Below, piece by piece: positions 9,687-19,994 of a DNA stretch of 56,015 nt; the stretch's first letter is position 1; every line of letters begins with the position of its first letter. The position numbers and the translations under genes are program-made. A model generated the notes under the pieces. That model had not been told where the DNA came from and searched no databases. It saw only the letters and a list, made by a program, of their open reading frames with translations. The DNA is taken from contig JAVBKE010000031.1 in assembly GCA_031554185.1 (NCBI GenBank), positions 1 to 56,015 on the forward strand, in the 5' to 3' direction. This DNA is from Bacillales bacterium (GTDB taxonomy: Bacteria; Bacillota; Bacilli; JARBTR01).

Positions 9687-11219
9687 ATGTCATTAGCAGT
9701 CCTAAAAGGTGCGAGTTATATACTTGTACATACACCAGATATGGTTCTTCATGCGGGTACAACTCAAACAATGGAGAAAGCTTCAAATCCAGATTCTGAT
9801 TATTTAAAGGCGCTAGATAATCATATTAGAGATTTTTCAAAAGCAGTTAATTATGGACCGAACCAGACATTTATCGGAAACTTGACGCCTGATGAGCTAA
9901 AAGCAGTTACTGCACCATGGTATGAGCAAGGCATACAATCCGCTGATCGGTTTGGGAAATTTGGCGAAATTATGCCGCAAGAAGAGTTTATTGGCCTGCT
10001 GAAAATTGTAGACGTTTTTGATTTGGTTCAGCTCGAAACTGGTTTTGTAGAATTAGCAAAAGATCAACTACTGAACCATCCATTATTAAAAGATGATGTC
10101 ACTAAGCTGAAAGAGGGCGTTACCCTTGGTGAAATCGAAATAATGGTTACAGAAAAAGGTGCGGAACCGATCTTTCATCAAAAGCAGTTAGTTGGTTGCG
10201 TGAAAAGAGCCCATGATGTTGATGTGAATTTGAATGCCCATGTCCTTTTTGAAAATCTTGTTGTGAAAGCTTCTGGCTATTTAGCCTTCAAGAATTTAAT
10301 CGCAAAATACCAGCTTGATGTAACAGCAGTCGATTATGTGATTGAGTGCTCTGAAGAAGCATGTGGTGATATGAATCAAAGAGGTGGCGGTAACTTTGCC
10401 AAGGCAATTGCAGAAACAGTCGGTGCAGTGAATGCAACTGGTTCTGATACAAGAGGTTTCTGTGCTGCGCCTATTCATTCACTCATTGAAGCATCGGCAC
10501 TTGTCAAAGCGGGTGTTTACAGAAACGTTGTCGTTGTAGCAGGTGGGGCAACTGCAAAACTCGGTATGAACGGAAAAGATCATGTGAAAAAAGGACTACC
10601 CATATTAGAAGATGTGTTAGGAGGATTCGCTGTTCTTATCAGCGAAGACGATGGGGTGTCGCCGGTTTTTAATACAGATTTGGTTGGACGTCATACAGTC
10701 GGAACTGGTTCATCGCCTCAAGCTGTAATGAGTGCACTAGTCACAGCTCCCTTAGAGAAGGCCGGACTTGCAGTTACAGATATTGATAAGTACTCTGTTG
10801 AAATGCAAAATCCAGAAGTGACAAAACCAGCTGGTGCTGGTGATGTTCCAGAAGCGAATTATAAAATGATCGCTGCACTTGGTGTGATGAGAAAAGATAT
10901 TGAACGCAAGCAGTTGCCTGATTTTATTGAGAAGCATGGAATGGTTGGGTTTGCACCTACACAAGGGCATATTCCTTCAGGCGTTCCTTACTTGGGTTTT
11001 GCGCGTGAGGATTTAACAACAGGCTCATTTAATAAAGCAATGATTATTGGCAAAGGCAGTCTGTTTCTTGGGCGCATGACAAACTTGTTTGATGGGGTAT
11101 CAATCATCTTGGAAAGAAACAATGGTCAAGGTGAAGATGGGAACATTTCTAAAGAACAAGTGAAGTCCTTAATCGGAGAATCATTAAGGGAGTTTGCTTC
11201 TCAACTAATGAAAGCTTGA
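9687..11219 (+). CDS. grdC: Glycine reductase component C beta subunit
   Basis: ECSEEACGDMNQRGGGNFAK, RGFCAAP, GKGSLFLGRMTNLFDGVS; FabH-like. Confidence 0.95.
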   Translation: MSLAVLKGASYILVHTPDMVLHAGTTQTMEKASNPDSDYLKALDNHIRDFSKAVNYGPNQTFIGNLTPDELKAVTAPWYEQGIQSADRFGKFGEIMPQEEFIGLLKIVDVFDLVQLETGFVELAKDQLLNHPLLKDDVTKLKEGVTLGEIEIMVTEKGAEPIFHQKQLVGCVKRAHDVDVNLNAHVLFENLVVKASGYLAFKNLIAKYQLDVTAVDYVIECSEEACGDMNQRGGGNFAKAIAETVGAVNATGSDTRGFCAAPIHSLIEASALVKAGVYRNVVVVAGGATAKLGMNGKDHVKKGLPILEDVLGGFAVLISEDDGVSPVFNTDLVGRHTVGTGSSPQAVMSALVTAPLEKAGLAVTDIDKYSVEMQNPEVTKPAGAGDVPEANYKMIAALGVMRKDIERKQLPDFIEKHGMVGFAPTQGHIPSGVPYLGFAREDLTTGSFNKAMIIGKGSLFLGRMTNLFDGVSIILERNNGQGEDGNISKEQVKSLIGESLREFASQLMKA

Positions 11220-11228
11220 GGTGAAAAA

Positions 11229-12389
11229 ATGACACAAGATATAAAAAAATTAATTGGTGAAGTTTTCTTACAAGTTGCAGATGGGATTGAGTCTGGTGTT
11301 TTTCAAGAAAGAAAAAAAGTAGGGCTGACACTGTTTGGATCTGAACATGGCGCATCAAACCTTGTAAAAGGTGCGGAAGCCGCTTTTCGAAATGATGGCC
11401 GGTTTGACATCGTGTTAATCGGACCGAAAGTGGAAACAAAACTTGAGGTCATCGAAGTGGCAAGTGAAGAATTGATGCATACCAAAATGGAAGAATTATT
11501 GGATAACGGGTCAATAGATGCCTGTGTGACTATGCACTATAACTTTCCAATCGGTGTCTCAACTGTTGGCAGAGTGGTTACACCAGGTCAAGGAAGAGAA
11601 ATGCTTTTGGCAACAACGACTGGGACGAGTTCGACAAACAGGGTTCATGCAATGATAAAGAATGCTATAGGTGGCATCATTACTGCTAAAGCGATCGGGA
11701 TTGAAAAACCAACAGTTGGCATTTTAAACATCGACGGTGCTAGACAAGTTGAAAAAGCACTCGAAGCGTTAAATGTGAATGGTTATTCAATTGAGTTCTC
11801 AGAGTCCATTCGCGCTGATGGTGGTGCTGTGATGAGAGGAAATGATTTACTTTGTCCCAATGTCGATGTCATGGTCACTGATAGTTTGACAGGAAACCTT
11901 ATGATGAAAATGTTCTCAGCATATATGACAGGTGGTAGTTACGAAGCTTTGGGTTATGGTTATGGCCCTGGCGTAGGCGCTGATTATAATCGCCTAGTGC
12001 TCATCCTTTCAAGAGCTTCAGGTGTACCTGTTGTTGCTAACGCATTGATTTATGCGGCACAACTGGCTCAGGGAAATTTAATCAAAGTGGCTAAGCAAGA
12101 GTTTGAGCAGGCGAAAGGGGCAAAATTAGATGAAATCTTGGCGATGATGACCAAAATAACGAATGAACAGAATAAGTCGGCAGGGCTAATTAAACAACCA
12201 AATAAGGAAGTTGTCACTGAAGAAATTAGCGGGATTGACATCATGTCACTGGAGGAAGCAGTGCAAGCACTTTGGCGTGAAGGAATTTATGCTGAAAGTG
12301 GCATGGGATGTACTGGGCCGATTGTATTGGTGAATGAAAATAAGCTTGCAGCGGCAAAGCAATCGCTAGAGAAGACTAATTTCTTGTAG
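11229..12389 (+). CDS. grdD: Glycine reductase component C alpha subunit
   Basis: GSEHG, MHYNFPIGVSTVGR; C-terminal GIYAESGMGCTGP with catalytic Cys; PlsX-like. Confidence 0.95.
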   Translation: MTQDIKKLIGEVFLQVADGIESGVFQERKKVGLTLFGSEHGASNLVKGAEAAFRNDGRFDIVLIGPKVETKLEVIEVASEELMHTKMEELLDNGSIDACVTMHYNFPIGVSTVGRVVTPGQGREMLLATTTGTSSTNRVHAMIKNAIGGIITAKAIGIEKPTVGILNIDGARQVEKALEALNVNGYSIEFSESIRADGGAVMRGNDLLCPNVDVMVTDSLTGNLMMKMFSAYMTGGSYEALGYGYGPGVGADYNRLVLILSRASGVPVVANALIYAAQLAQGNLIKVAKQEFEQAKGAKLDEILAMMTKITNEQNKSAGLIKQPNKEVVTEEISGIDIMSLEEAVQALWREGIYAESGMGCTGPIVLVNENKLAAAKQSLEKTNFL

Positions 12390-12773
12390 AAAAACAGAGG
12401 TAGTGTGGAAAAAAATAGAAGACTGGAAAGCAAGCACTTAATCCAGTACCGTATACTTTTATATAATGGAAATAAAAGGAATGGAAACCCCTCGGGAATG
12501 GGAATGGGTGTTGATGGGTGCGGAGCGCTCTTTTTTATGGAAATGTCTATTTTCATATCAGCATGGAAATAAAAAAAAAGTGACTATAATCAATAGTTGT
12601 TAATCAGAATTTCATGAAAATAATAAGATTGTTATATTCAATCGTTTTTCTACAATGAGCATGTAATTTAGATCCATGAAAAAATTGTTTTAGTAAATTG
12701 GGTAGTCTATACTAATGATTTATTGCGATCATTTGTTATAATGGGGGTACTAAAAAAAAAGAATGAGGAAAAA

Positions 12774-14327
12774 ATGAACAGATCTTTAATCAATTTTGCA
12801 AAGCAATTGCAAAATGACTTACCCCTTACAACGGACGATGCGCTTAGCCTTGTTGATGAAGCTAGGGTTCTCTATCGTCAATATCGTGTACAGATTCTAG
12901 AGAATAATGAAAAACACCTGATTGGCAATGTTCGCGATAAAGAGAAAGAATTTATTGTCATCAATTTTAAACCTTCTCTACAAAAAAGCTGTAGTTGCGC
13001 CTCAAAGGAACCGGTTTGCCAACATCAATTGGCACTTTTTTTTGCTGCATTTGATCGGTATCAAAGTATTTCTAAATGGATTGAAGCTTGGAAAACAGGT
13101 AGTGAGCAAAACGAGATGTATCAATTTTCATATACAATTGATGTAGAACGAGAATTGGAAAATTGGATAGCGTTTTTCGAGAAAGCAGCACAGAAGGAGC
13201 TTTCTAAGGAACTATTTCGTAGTTACTATGGTGAGTACAACTTTGTTTCAGCTTATACAAAAGCAATTCGGTCACGAATTCCCTCTGACCCTAGCTGGGC
13301 AAACCTTTATTTAATGATTGGCTATTATTTTGGGCTGAAAGAAATATGGTTAACGGAGGATCCAAAAACAGTTACCACTTTTTACAGAAGTAAAGGGGAA
13401 TATCTTCTAGATTCTTTTGGTGAAGCAGTAAGAGGGTATATGGATAATCCGATCCCTGAAAAAGCTGAGGTTGTCTTCAAGCAACTTAGGGAAGAGACGC
13501 AATCCTCAATTTTCATGGATCAAGACTATTTACTGCAGAAATGGCACGTTTATTGCGTGTTTTGGTCAAAATTTCTGGCTTCCGGTGAGGATCGTAAAGC
13601 AGAAATTGAAAGGTTGCAAGCCAGTTCCAATCATTATTTTAGCAAGCCAGCACTGATGTATTTGTGGGATGTAGAAAATCAGTCGGAAAAAGCTGCCTCC
13701 ATTTTGAATGAAGTGGAACTAACCTCATTTCCATTACTCATTTCTATGATGGATCACTATAACGAGCAAAAGGATTTCCAATTCGTGAAATTGATCATTG
13801 ACTGGGTGATAGAACATGTGCAAGTGGCTGATATTATTCAGGTGAAGGAAGCGCTTGTTTCTCCAATTGAACATTTCTGTACCATAGTCATTGACTATGT
13901 AGAAAATTCACAGGATTTTGATCTAGGTGAAAAGGCGTTGAAACAGTACATGCCTTTTTCTCAAAAAGAATATGCATCACTCATTTTTGAGAAGAAAGAT
14001 TATCGTAAATGGGTTGATTTGCTGATGATTAGTCCAGAAAATATCTTATACAGATATTCAGAACAAATTGCAACCATCGCAAAAGAAGCACCTGAATTCC
14101 TTCTACCGATTTATCATTTTCACATTAGCTTAGAAATTGCAAGCAAAAATCGTCAATCCTACAAGCAAGCTGTTCGTTATATGAAAAAATTAAGAACGAT
14201 TTATAAAAAATTGAAAAAGAACCATGCGTGGGAGCAATATCTAGATTATATTGTGTCATCAAATAAGCGCCTACGCGCCTTTCAATCAGAGCTAGAAAGG
14301 GGGAAGCTGATTAGTTATGTTGAATAG
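12774..14327 (+). CDS. SWIM zinc finger protein (YwqB-like)
   Basis: CSC...CQH SWIM motif; C-terminus KNRQSYKQAVRYMKKLR...KRLRAFQSEL; overlaps SNF2 gene; start chosen after GAGG. Confidence 0.85.
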   Translation: MNRSLINFAKQLQNDLPLTTDDALSLVDEARVLYRQYRVQILENNEKHLIGNVRDKEKEFIVINFKPSLQKSCSCASKEPVCQHQLALFFAAFDRYQSISKWIEAWKTGSEQNEMYQFSYTIDVERELENWIAFFEKAAQKELSKELFRSYYGEYNFVSAYTKAIRSRIPSDPSWANLYLMIGYYFGLKEIWLTEDPKTVTTFYRSKGEYLLDSFGEAVRGYMDNPIPEKAEVVFKQLREETQSSIFMDQDYLLQKWHVYCVFWSKFLASGEDRKAEIERLQASSNHYFSKPALMYLWDVENQSEKAASILNEVELTSFPLLISMMDHYNEQKDFQFVKLIIDWVIEHVQVADIIQVKEALVSPIEHFCTIVIDYVENSQDFDLGEKALKQYMPFSQKEYASLIFEKKDYRKWVDLLMISPENILYRYSEQIATIAKEAPEFLLPIYHFHISLEIASKNRQSYKQAVRYMKKLRTIYKKLKKNHAWEQYLDYIVSSNKRLRAFQSELERGKLISYVE

Positions 14328-17130
14328 TCAAAATAACCGGATGCAGGTGAACTGTAAACTGGTTGATTCCCAGCAGTTCTTTATTTATGTCACTTACAAA
14401 ACAGTGGAACTTCCGCTGGAGCGGTGGTCTGGCATACTTTTTCAATGGCATGCACCTAGTTTTTATGGTACAACGCTCACCCGGACGAATATCAATGGCA
14501 AACCGGGTGTCTTAATTTCTGCCTATGATTGGCTTGAAATCTTAGCAACCAAATCCTTTAATGATTTAATGAATTGGCATTGGGACCCACTTTCAAGCGC
14601 TAGTTTATCACTGAGTGAAGCTATATTTGAAAATATTCAGGTGCTAGAATACAAACCTTCTGGGGTTGTACAAGAAGAACAAGGTACCCTTCAGCTGCCT
14701 GAAAAAATTGAAAATCAGTTTGCAAGTGATTTTTGGTCAACACCACTAATGGGCATTTCTCTCGACGAGGAGAACGCTACAGAAAAGCAGACAGTTAAGT
14801 CATTCGCGACTAATTGGTTCCGTGAATCAGTCAAAGCAGAACCAACTTATCAAAAGATCATTGAGTTAGAATCAAAACTGATCGAAAAGGGAATTTCAAC
14901 GGATGGCCTCAGCCAGTTCTTTGATCATGACCGTTGGCAACAGTTTATTGGTGTGGAAACAGAGGCACCCTTCACAATTGGTGTTCGCTTGTCTGATCCG
15001 GATTTTGAGCAAGATCAGAATGCTGAGGACTGGAAGCTAGAGGTCTTTTTGAGGAGTAAGAAATCACCTGAAATAGTGATTCTCTGGTCTGATCGTAGAA
15101 AAGCAGCACCTTCCTGGAAAAAGCATTTTTATGATGTTGAACTTGAAATAGCACGTTGGAAATTTATGTTTCCTTGGTTTACAGCTGAAATTAATGATAC
15201 TCAGGCGTGGTCATTTTTGATGGATGCTTCAGAAATCCTTGTCAAACTTGGGGTAGAAGTGCTTTTGCCAGCGTGGTGGCAGTCAATACAAAGTGCAAAA
15301 ATGGCTGTTAGTGCGAAAGTCAGAAATAACTTTAAGTCATTTGTTGGATTAGACGCACTGGTTGATTTTGATTGGCAGCTAGCGATTAATAATCAAATGA
15401 TTTCAAGGGATGAATTTAACCAGTTGGTTACAGAGAAACGTAGATTGATTTTTATCGGTGGTAAGTGGATCAGATTGGACGATCAATTTATGGATCGAAT
15501 TCAGCGGATCATGCGTGAAGCAGAAGAGAAGGGCTTGACGATGTATGACCTGCTTCATCAACAGTTACCGACTGCTGATGGTGAGTCATCTAATGCCGAT
15601 AACGAATATATACAGATTCAATTTGAAGTGAACAATGAATTAAAGCGCTTTATGAATCATTTAAATCATTTTTCAGAAATTCCTGTATCGGCAGTAGCGC
15701 AGAGTTTTCAAGGTGAGTTGCGTCCTTATCAGATTCAAGGGATGAGCTGGCTATTGTTTTTACGAAAATACGGTTTGGGATGTTGCCTTGCGGATGATAT
15801 GGGACTTGGAAAGACGATTCAGATCATTAGTTATTTGCTGTCGGTCAAAGAATCAGAAGAACGACAAGCGCCCTCACTCATTGTTTGCCCTACTTCTGTG
15901 CTCGGGAATTGGCAGAAAGAGCTAGAGAAGTTTGCTCCAAGTTTAAATGTGGCACTTCATTACGGGCCACAAAGAAAACATGAAGCGCAGTTTCATGAAG
16001 CAATTGCCAAAGCTGATGTTGTCTTAACAAGCTACGGGCTCTTGCCGCAAGATGAAGTCGATTTTCTGGATGTCAAATGGGATGCGATTGTATTAGATGA
16101 GGCGCAAAATATCAAGAATGATTTCACAAAACAATCGAAAGTGGCTCGGAAACTAAAAGGGCGCCATACGATTGCCGTGACAGGAACACCGATTGAGAAT
16201 CGATTGAGTGAATTGTGGACGATTTTTGATTTTGCGATTAAAGGCTATCTTGGTTCAGCAAACAAATTTAATCAGAATTTTGCAAGTCCAATTGAACGAG
16301 AAGGCGATAAGAAAAAAACAGTTCAGTTACAGAAATTAATTCAGCCATTTCTACTTAGGCGTTCAAAAAAGGATAAGGAAATTGCCTTAAACTTACCTGA
16401 TAAATTAGAGCAAAAAGAGTTCGTATCACTTACAAGTGAGCAGGCAGCGCTTTATCAAAGTATTGTTGAAGATACATTGGTCAAAGTAGATCAAACAGAA
16501 GGTTTTGAACGGAAGGGTCTTATTTTGCAGATGCTATCAAAGTTGAAGCAGATTTGTAATCATGCTGCCCTGTTCTTAAAAGAGGAAAACCCACAAGATA
16601 TTTTAAAGCGTTCTGAAAAAACAGAGAAATTAGTTGAACTGCTTGAGACGATTTTAGCGAAGCAAGAAAGTACTTTGGTGTTTACGCAGTTTCTTGATAT
16701 GGGACATATGATCCAAACTTTACTCAAATCACAGTTTGGGTTGCAAGTACCTTTCCTAAAAGGAAGTGTACCGAAAAAGCAACGGGATGAGATGATTGAG
16801 CGTTTTCAAAATGGAGAATTCCCAATTCTACTCTTATCACTTAAAGCAGGCGGTACAGGACTAAATTTGACTGCGGCTAATCATGTTGTTCACTATGATC
16901 GTTGGTGGAATCCTGCTGTTGAGAATCAGGCAACAGACCGAGTGCATCGAATCGGTCAAACAAAATTTGTTCATGTGCACAAGCTAATCGTATCAGGAAC
17001 TCTTGAAGAGAAAATAGATATAATGCTCGAGAAGAAAATGCATTTAAATGAGGAAATTATTCAAAGTGATAATTGGGTTACTGAACTTTCGACGGAAGAA
17101 TTGAAGGATTTGTTGGTGCTTTCGGAGTAG
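14317..17130 (+). CDS. SNF2-family helicase/ATPase (YwqA-like)
   Basis: LADDMGLGKT, DEAQ, TGTPIENRL, GLNLTAANHVVHYDRWWNPAVENQATDR. Confidence 0.93.
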   Translation: MLNSQNNRMQVNCKLVDSQQFFIYVTYKTVELPLERWSGILFQWHAPSFYGTTLTRTNINGKPGVLISAYDWLEILATKSFNDLMNWHWDPLSSASLSLSEAIFENIQVLEYKPSGVVQEEQGTLQLPEKIENQFASDFWSTPLMGISLDEENATEKQTVKSFATNWFRESVKAEPTYQKIIELESKLIEKGISTDGLSQFFDHDRWQQFIGVETEAPFTIGVRLSDPDFEQDQNAEDWKLEVFLRSKKSPEIVILWSDRRKAAPSWKKHFYDVELEIARWKFMFPWFTAEINDTQAWSFLMDASEILVKLGVEVLLPAWWQSIQSAKMAVSAKVRNNFKSFVGLDALVDFDWQLAINNQMISRDEFNQLVTEKRRLIFIGGKWIRLDDQFMDRIQRIMREAEEKGLTMYDLLHQQLPTADGESSNADNEYIQIQFEVNNELKRFMNHLNHFSEIPVSAVAQSFQGELRPYQIQGMSWLLFLRKYGLGCCLADDMGLGKTIQIISYLLSVKESEERQAPSLIVCPTSVLGNWQKELEKFAPSLNVALHYGPQRKHEAQFHEAIAKADVVLTSYGLLPQDEVDFLDVKWDAIVLDEAQNIKNDFTKQSKVARKLKGRHTIAVTGTPIENRLSELWTIFDFAIKGYLGSANKFNQNFASPIEREGDKKKTVQLQKLIQPFLLRRSKKDKEIALNLPDKLEQKEFVSLTSEQAALYQSIVEDTLVKVDQTEGFERKGLILQMLSKLKQICNHAALFLKEENPQDILKRSEKTEKLVELLETILAKQESTLVFTQFLDMGHMIQTLLKSQFGLQVPFLKGSVPKKQRDEMIERFQNGEFPILLLSLKAGGTGLNLTAANHVVHYDRWWNPAVENQATDRVHRIGQTKFVHVHKLIVSGTLEEKIDIMLEKKMHLNEEIIQSDNWVTELSTEELKDLLVLSE

Positions 17131-17212
17131 TTTGAGGAATATAAATTTTCTTCTATAGGCTCTATTCATTTGGTGCAAATTATTGCAAAAACACCGGATG
17201 TCTGAGCGTCAT

Positions 17213-17248
17213 GCTGTCAAGAAGGTAAAAATTCTTGGCAGCTTTTTT
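17213..17248 (+). terminator. Intrinsic terminator
   Basis: GCTGTCAAGAA/TTCTTGGCAGC + T6. Confidence 0.8.
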
Positions 17249-17393
17249 AATAAATTAATTTGAAAATTCTTATTTCTTATTGATGGTTTTACTTTGGATT
17301 TAATATGTCAGTGTAACATAATGCCTGTTCAAAATTGAAATAAAATTCTACCCCAAAGTATGGTAGAATAGAAACTATTAAAATTCGAAGGAA

Positions 17394-18611
17394 ATGCTTA
17401 CGATGACATCAAAACCCACATTGATCAAATTCTATATTCTCAGCTCTTTTATGATGCTGGCATGTAATATGGTTCACCCGGTGACACCAGCATTTCTCAG
17501 AAGCATTTCGATGCCAGACTATATGTTTGGATTAGCATTTGCGGCTATGTCATTTACAAACTTTCTATTTAGCCCGTTCTGGGGGAAGTTGAGTGACTCA
17601 GTAGGTAGATTACGCATATCAAGTATTACGCTAGTTGGTTATGCCTTTTCACAAATGCTTTTCATGGTTTCTGATTCAGTAGAAATGGTGATGATTTCGA
17701 GATTGGTATCTGGTCTATTTGCTGGCGGATTTTCGGTTTGCTGTATGATTTATTTGGCAGAAATTACAGATAAAACAAACCGGGCAAAGTACACAATGTA
17801 TTATGTAGCTTTTGGCTCTGTTAGTGCGGCTGGGGGTTATTTACTTGGTGGGTTTATCGGAGATTATGCTATCAGCGCAACATTTATCACACAATTCATT
17901 TTGCTGCTGACTAGTGCACTTTTGTATGTCATATTGTTAACAGACTCCGTAGAAAAACCTGCGAAGATTGAGTGGAGTGGGCTATCGCAAGCAGCAAATC
18001 CGTTCTCGTTTTTCATTCAAGCAAAAACAATTATGACACCTGCTTTGCTAGTATTTCTGATTACAATTTTCTTTACAAGTTTTGCGATGAGTGATTATGA
18101 TAATTCATTGAATTATTATTTGAGCCAAGTATTTAATTTCCCACCATCATATAATGGCATCTTAAAAGCGATTATGGGGATGATTGGTCTAATCGCGAAC
18201 TTTACTATTAATCCGTGGCTAGTTCGCCATACTGATGGGCGTAAATCGATTGTCTTCATTTTGGTGACATGTGGTACAACCTTGTTGATTGCAAGTAGCC
18301 GAATTGGTCTGGCACCATTTCTGTTATGGAATGTCTTGTTTTATTGCTTTAATACGATGTATTTGCCAATTCAACAGGCATTGATTACTGACGGTCAAAA
18401 AGAGTCTGCAAATGGGCTGATTTTTGGTATTTTTAATTCAGTAAAGGCACTGGGAATGATTTTTGGTTCGCTCGTTGCAGGTTTTGCTTATGAACTAAAT
18501 ACGACACTACCGTTTGTAATTGGTGGGGCAGTATTTTTCATCTCAGCCGCACTGGCTATTTTCAACATCTTTCAATATCGTGGAATGAAAGTGAGGAATA
18601 ACATGGAATGA
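17394..18611 (+). CDS. MFS transporter (drug/H+ antiporter-like)
   Basis: About 12 hydrophobic segments; WGKLSDSVGR motif A. Confidence 0.88.
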   Translation: MLTMTSKPTLIKFYILSSFMMLACNMVHPVTPAFLRSISMPDYMFGLAFAAMSFTNFLFSPFWGKLSDSVGRLRISSITLVGYAFSQMLFMVSDSVEMVMISRLVSGLFAGGFSVCCMIYLAEITDKTNRAKYTMYYVAFGSVSAAGGYLLGGFIGDYAISATFITQFILLLTSALLYVILLTDSVEKPAKIEWSGLSQAANPFSFFIQAKTIMTPALLVFLITIFFTSFAMSDYDNSLNYYLSQVFNFPPSYNGILKAIMGMIGLIANFTINPWLVRHTDGRKSIVFILVTCGTTLLIASSRIGLAPFLLWNVLFYCFNTMYLPIQQALITDGQKESANGLIFGIFNSVKALGMIFGSLVAGFAYELNTTLPFVIGGAVFFISAALAIFNIFQYRGMKVRNNME

Positions 18612-18653
18612 TTGTAATAGAATAGTTGTTTCGAATGATACATGGTATATATG

Positions 18654-18694
18654 GATTGCTCTTTTGTCAAAAGCGAAAGGGACAATCTTTTTTT
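18654..18694 (+). terminator. Intrinsic terminator
   Basis: GATTG-CTCTTTTG...CGAAAGGG-A-CAATC + T7. Confidence 0.65.
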
Positions 18695-18823
18695 GATTTG
18701 TCGCTATCTAGTCCTTCTAGAAGGAAGCTGTCACATGAGACGGAAAAATGATAGACTAGAGGCAGTTGAGGTTTGAGGTGGAAGTAAAGGTTCGATTGAG
18801 AGTAGATAAGGAGAATTCTTAAT

Positions 18824-19681
18824 ATGAAAATTGCGAAAGTCATCAACAATAATGTTGTTAGTAGTTTCAACGAACAGAAAAAAGAAATCATCTATATGGG
18901 CAAGGGTGTTGGTTTTCAAAAGAAGATTGGAGACTTTGTGGATAGCACCAAAATTGATAAAGTTTTTACAATTGAAAATGAGACTATTTCGGATCGGTTT
19001 ATGCAACTTCTTTATGACATTCCAACAGAATATGTAGAGATCACAGAGCAAATTATTTCTTATGCTAGAGCACGTATGGGTAAAGAGTTAAATGACATTA
19101 TTTTTGTTACCCTGACAGATCATATTCATTTTGCTATCATCAGAAAAGAAAAAGGCATGGAAGTATCTAATGTTTTACTTTGGGAGATCAAAAGGTTTTA
19201 CCAGTTTGAATATGAGATTGGGAAAAAGGCACTTCAAATGATTGAAGAACAGTTGGGGGTTTCATTATCAAAAGATGAGGCGGGTTTTATCGCTTTACAT
19301 ATAGTCAATGCTGAACTGAACGAAGAAATGCCAGATATGATGAATATTACTCGTATTATGCAAAAGGTCATAGCAATGATTGAACACTATTTTGATCAAA
19401 GTTTTGAGGAAGATTCATTGGATTACCATCGCTTCATTGTCCATTTGAAGTTTTTTGCGCAGAGGCTTATCAATAACACACCAATTGAAAACAAGGATGA
19501 AAAAGAAAATATTGTTTATGAAGCAGTTAAATCTAGATATTCTGAAGCTTATCACTGTGCAAAGAAAATTAAAACAATGATTCAAGAAAACCATCAGTAC
19601 ACATTGATTGAAGATGAAGTGATTTATTTGGCCATTCATATTGAACGGATTACAAGTCAACGATTGAAGGCAAATACGTAA
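18824..19681 (+). CDS. BglG/LicT family PRD antiterminator
   Basis: MKIAKVINNNVV..MGKGVGF CAT domain; two PRDs (LTDHIHFA, IALH, FIVHLKFF, YLAIH). Confidence 0.93.
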   Translation: MKIAKVINNNVVSSFNEQKKEIIYMGKGVGFQKKIGDFVDSTKIDKVFTIENETISDRFMQLLYDIPTEYVEITEQIISYARARMGKELNDIIFVTLTDHIHFAIIRKEKGMEVSNVLLWEIKRFYQFEYEIGKKALQMIEEQLGVSLSKDEAGFIALHIVNAELNEEMPDMMNITRIMQKVIAMIEHYFDQSFEEDSLDYHRFIVHLKFFAQRLINNTPIENKDEKENIVYEAVKSRYSEAYHCAKKIKTMIQENHQYTLIEDEVIYLAIHIERITSQRLKANT

Positions 19682-19994
19682 CTCACTCAAGATTTTATTG
19701 TAATTGTTAGGCCATTAAGTTGCTGTGTGATGGAAATTAGATCGGTTTGGTTGGGTATCCTTCGTTATTTTCTCTCCTGAATCAATTCAGCTTCTTTGTA
19801 ATTTTCCGTATCAATTGTTGTTTTGGTTAGAAGAAAAATCCTGATAAATGATAGATCCCCAGAAATTGCTGATTGGTAAGCTTTAAGATTTCTTTATGCA
19901 TATCAAAAGGGGTATGATAAATAAAACAAATTTCCATATTCAGTAATGTTTCATGCTAAAATAAGAAGTATAAAAAACGAGAGGTGGTATTCAA

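Noticed and set aside
18660-18690. GCGAAAGGGAC resembling a c-di-GMP riboswitch
   Set aside because: The other conserved motifs are absent; it folds as the MFS gene terminator.
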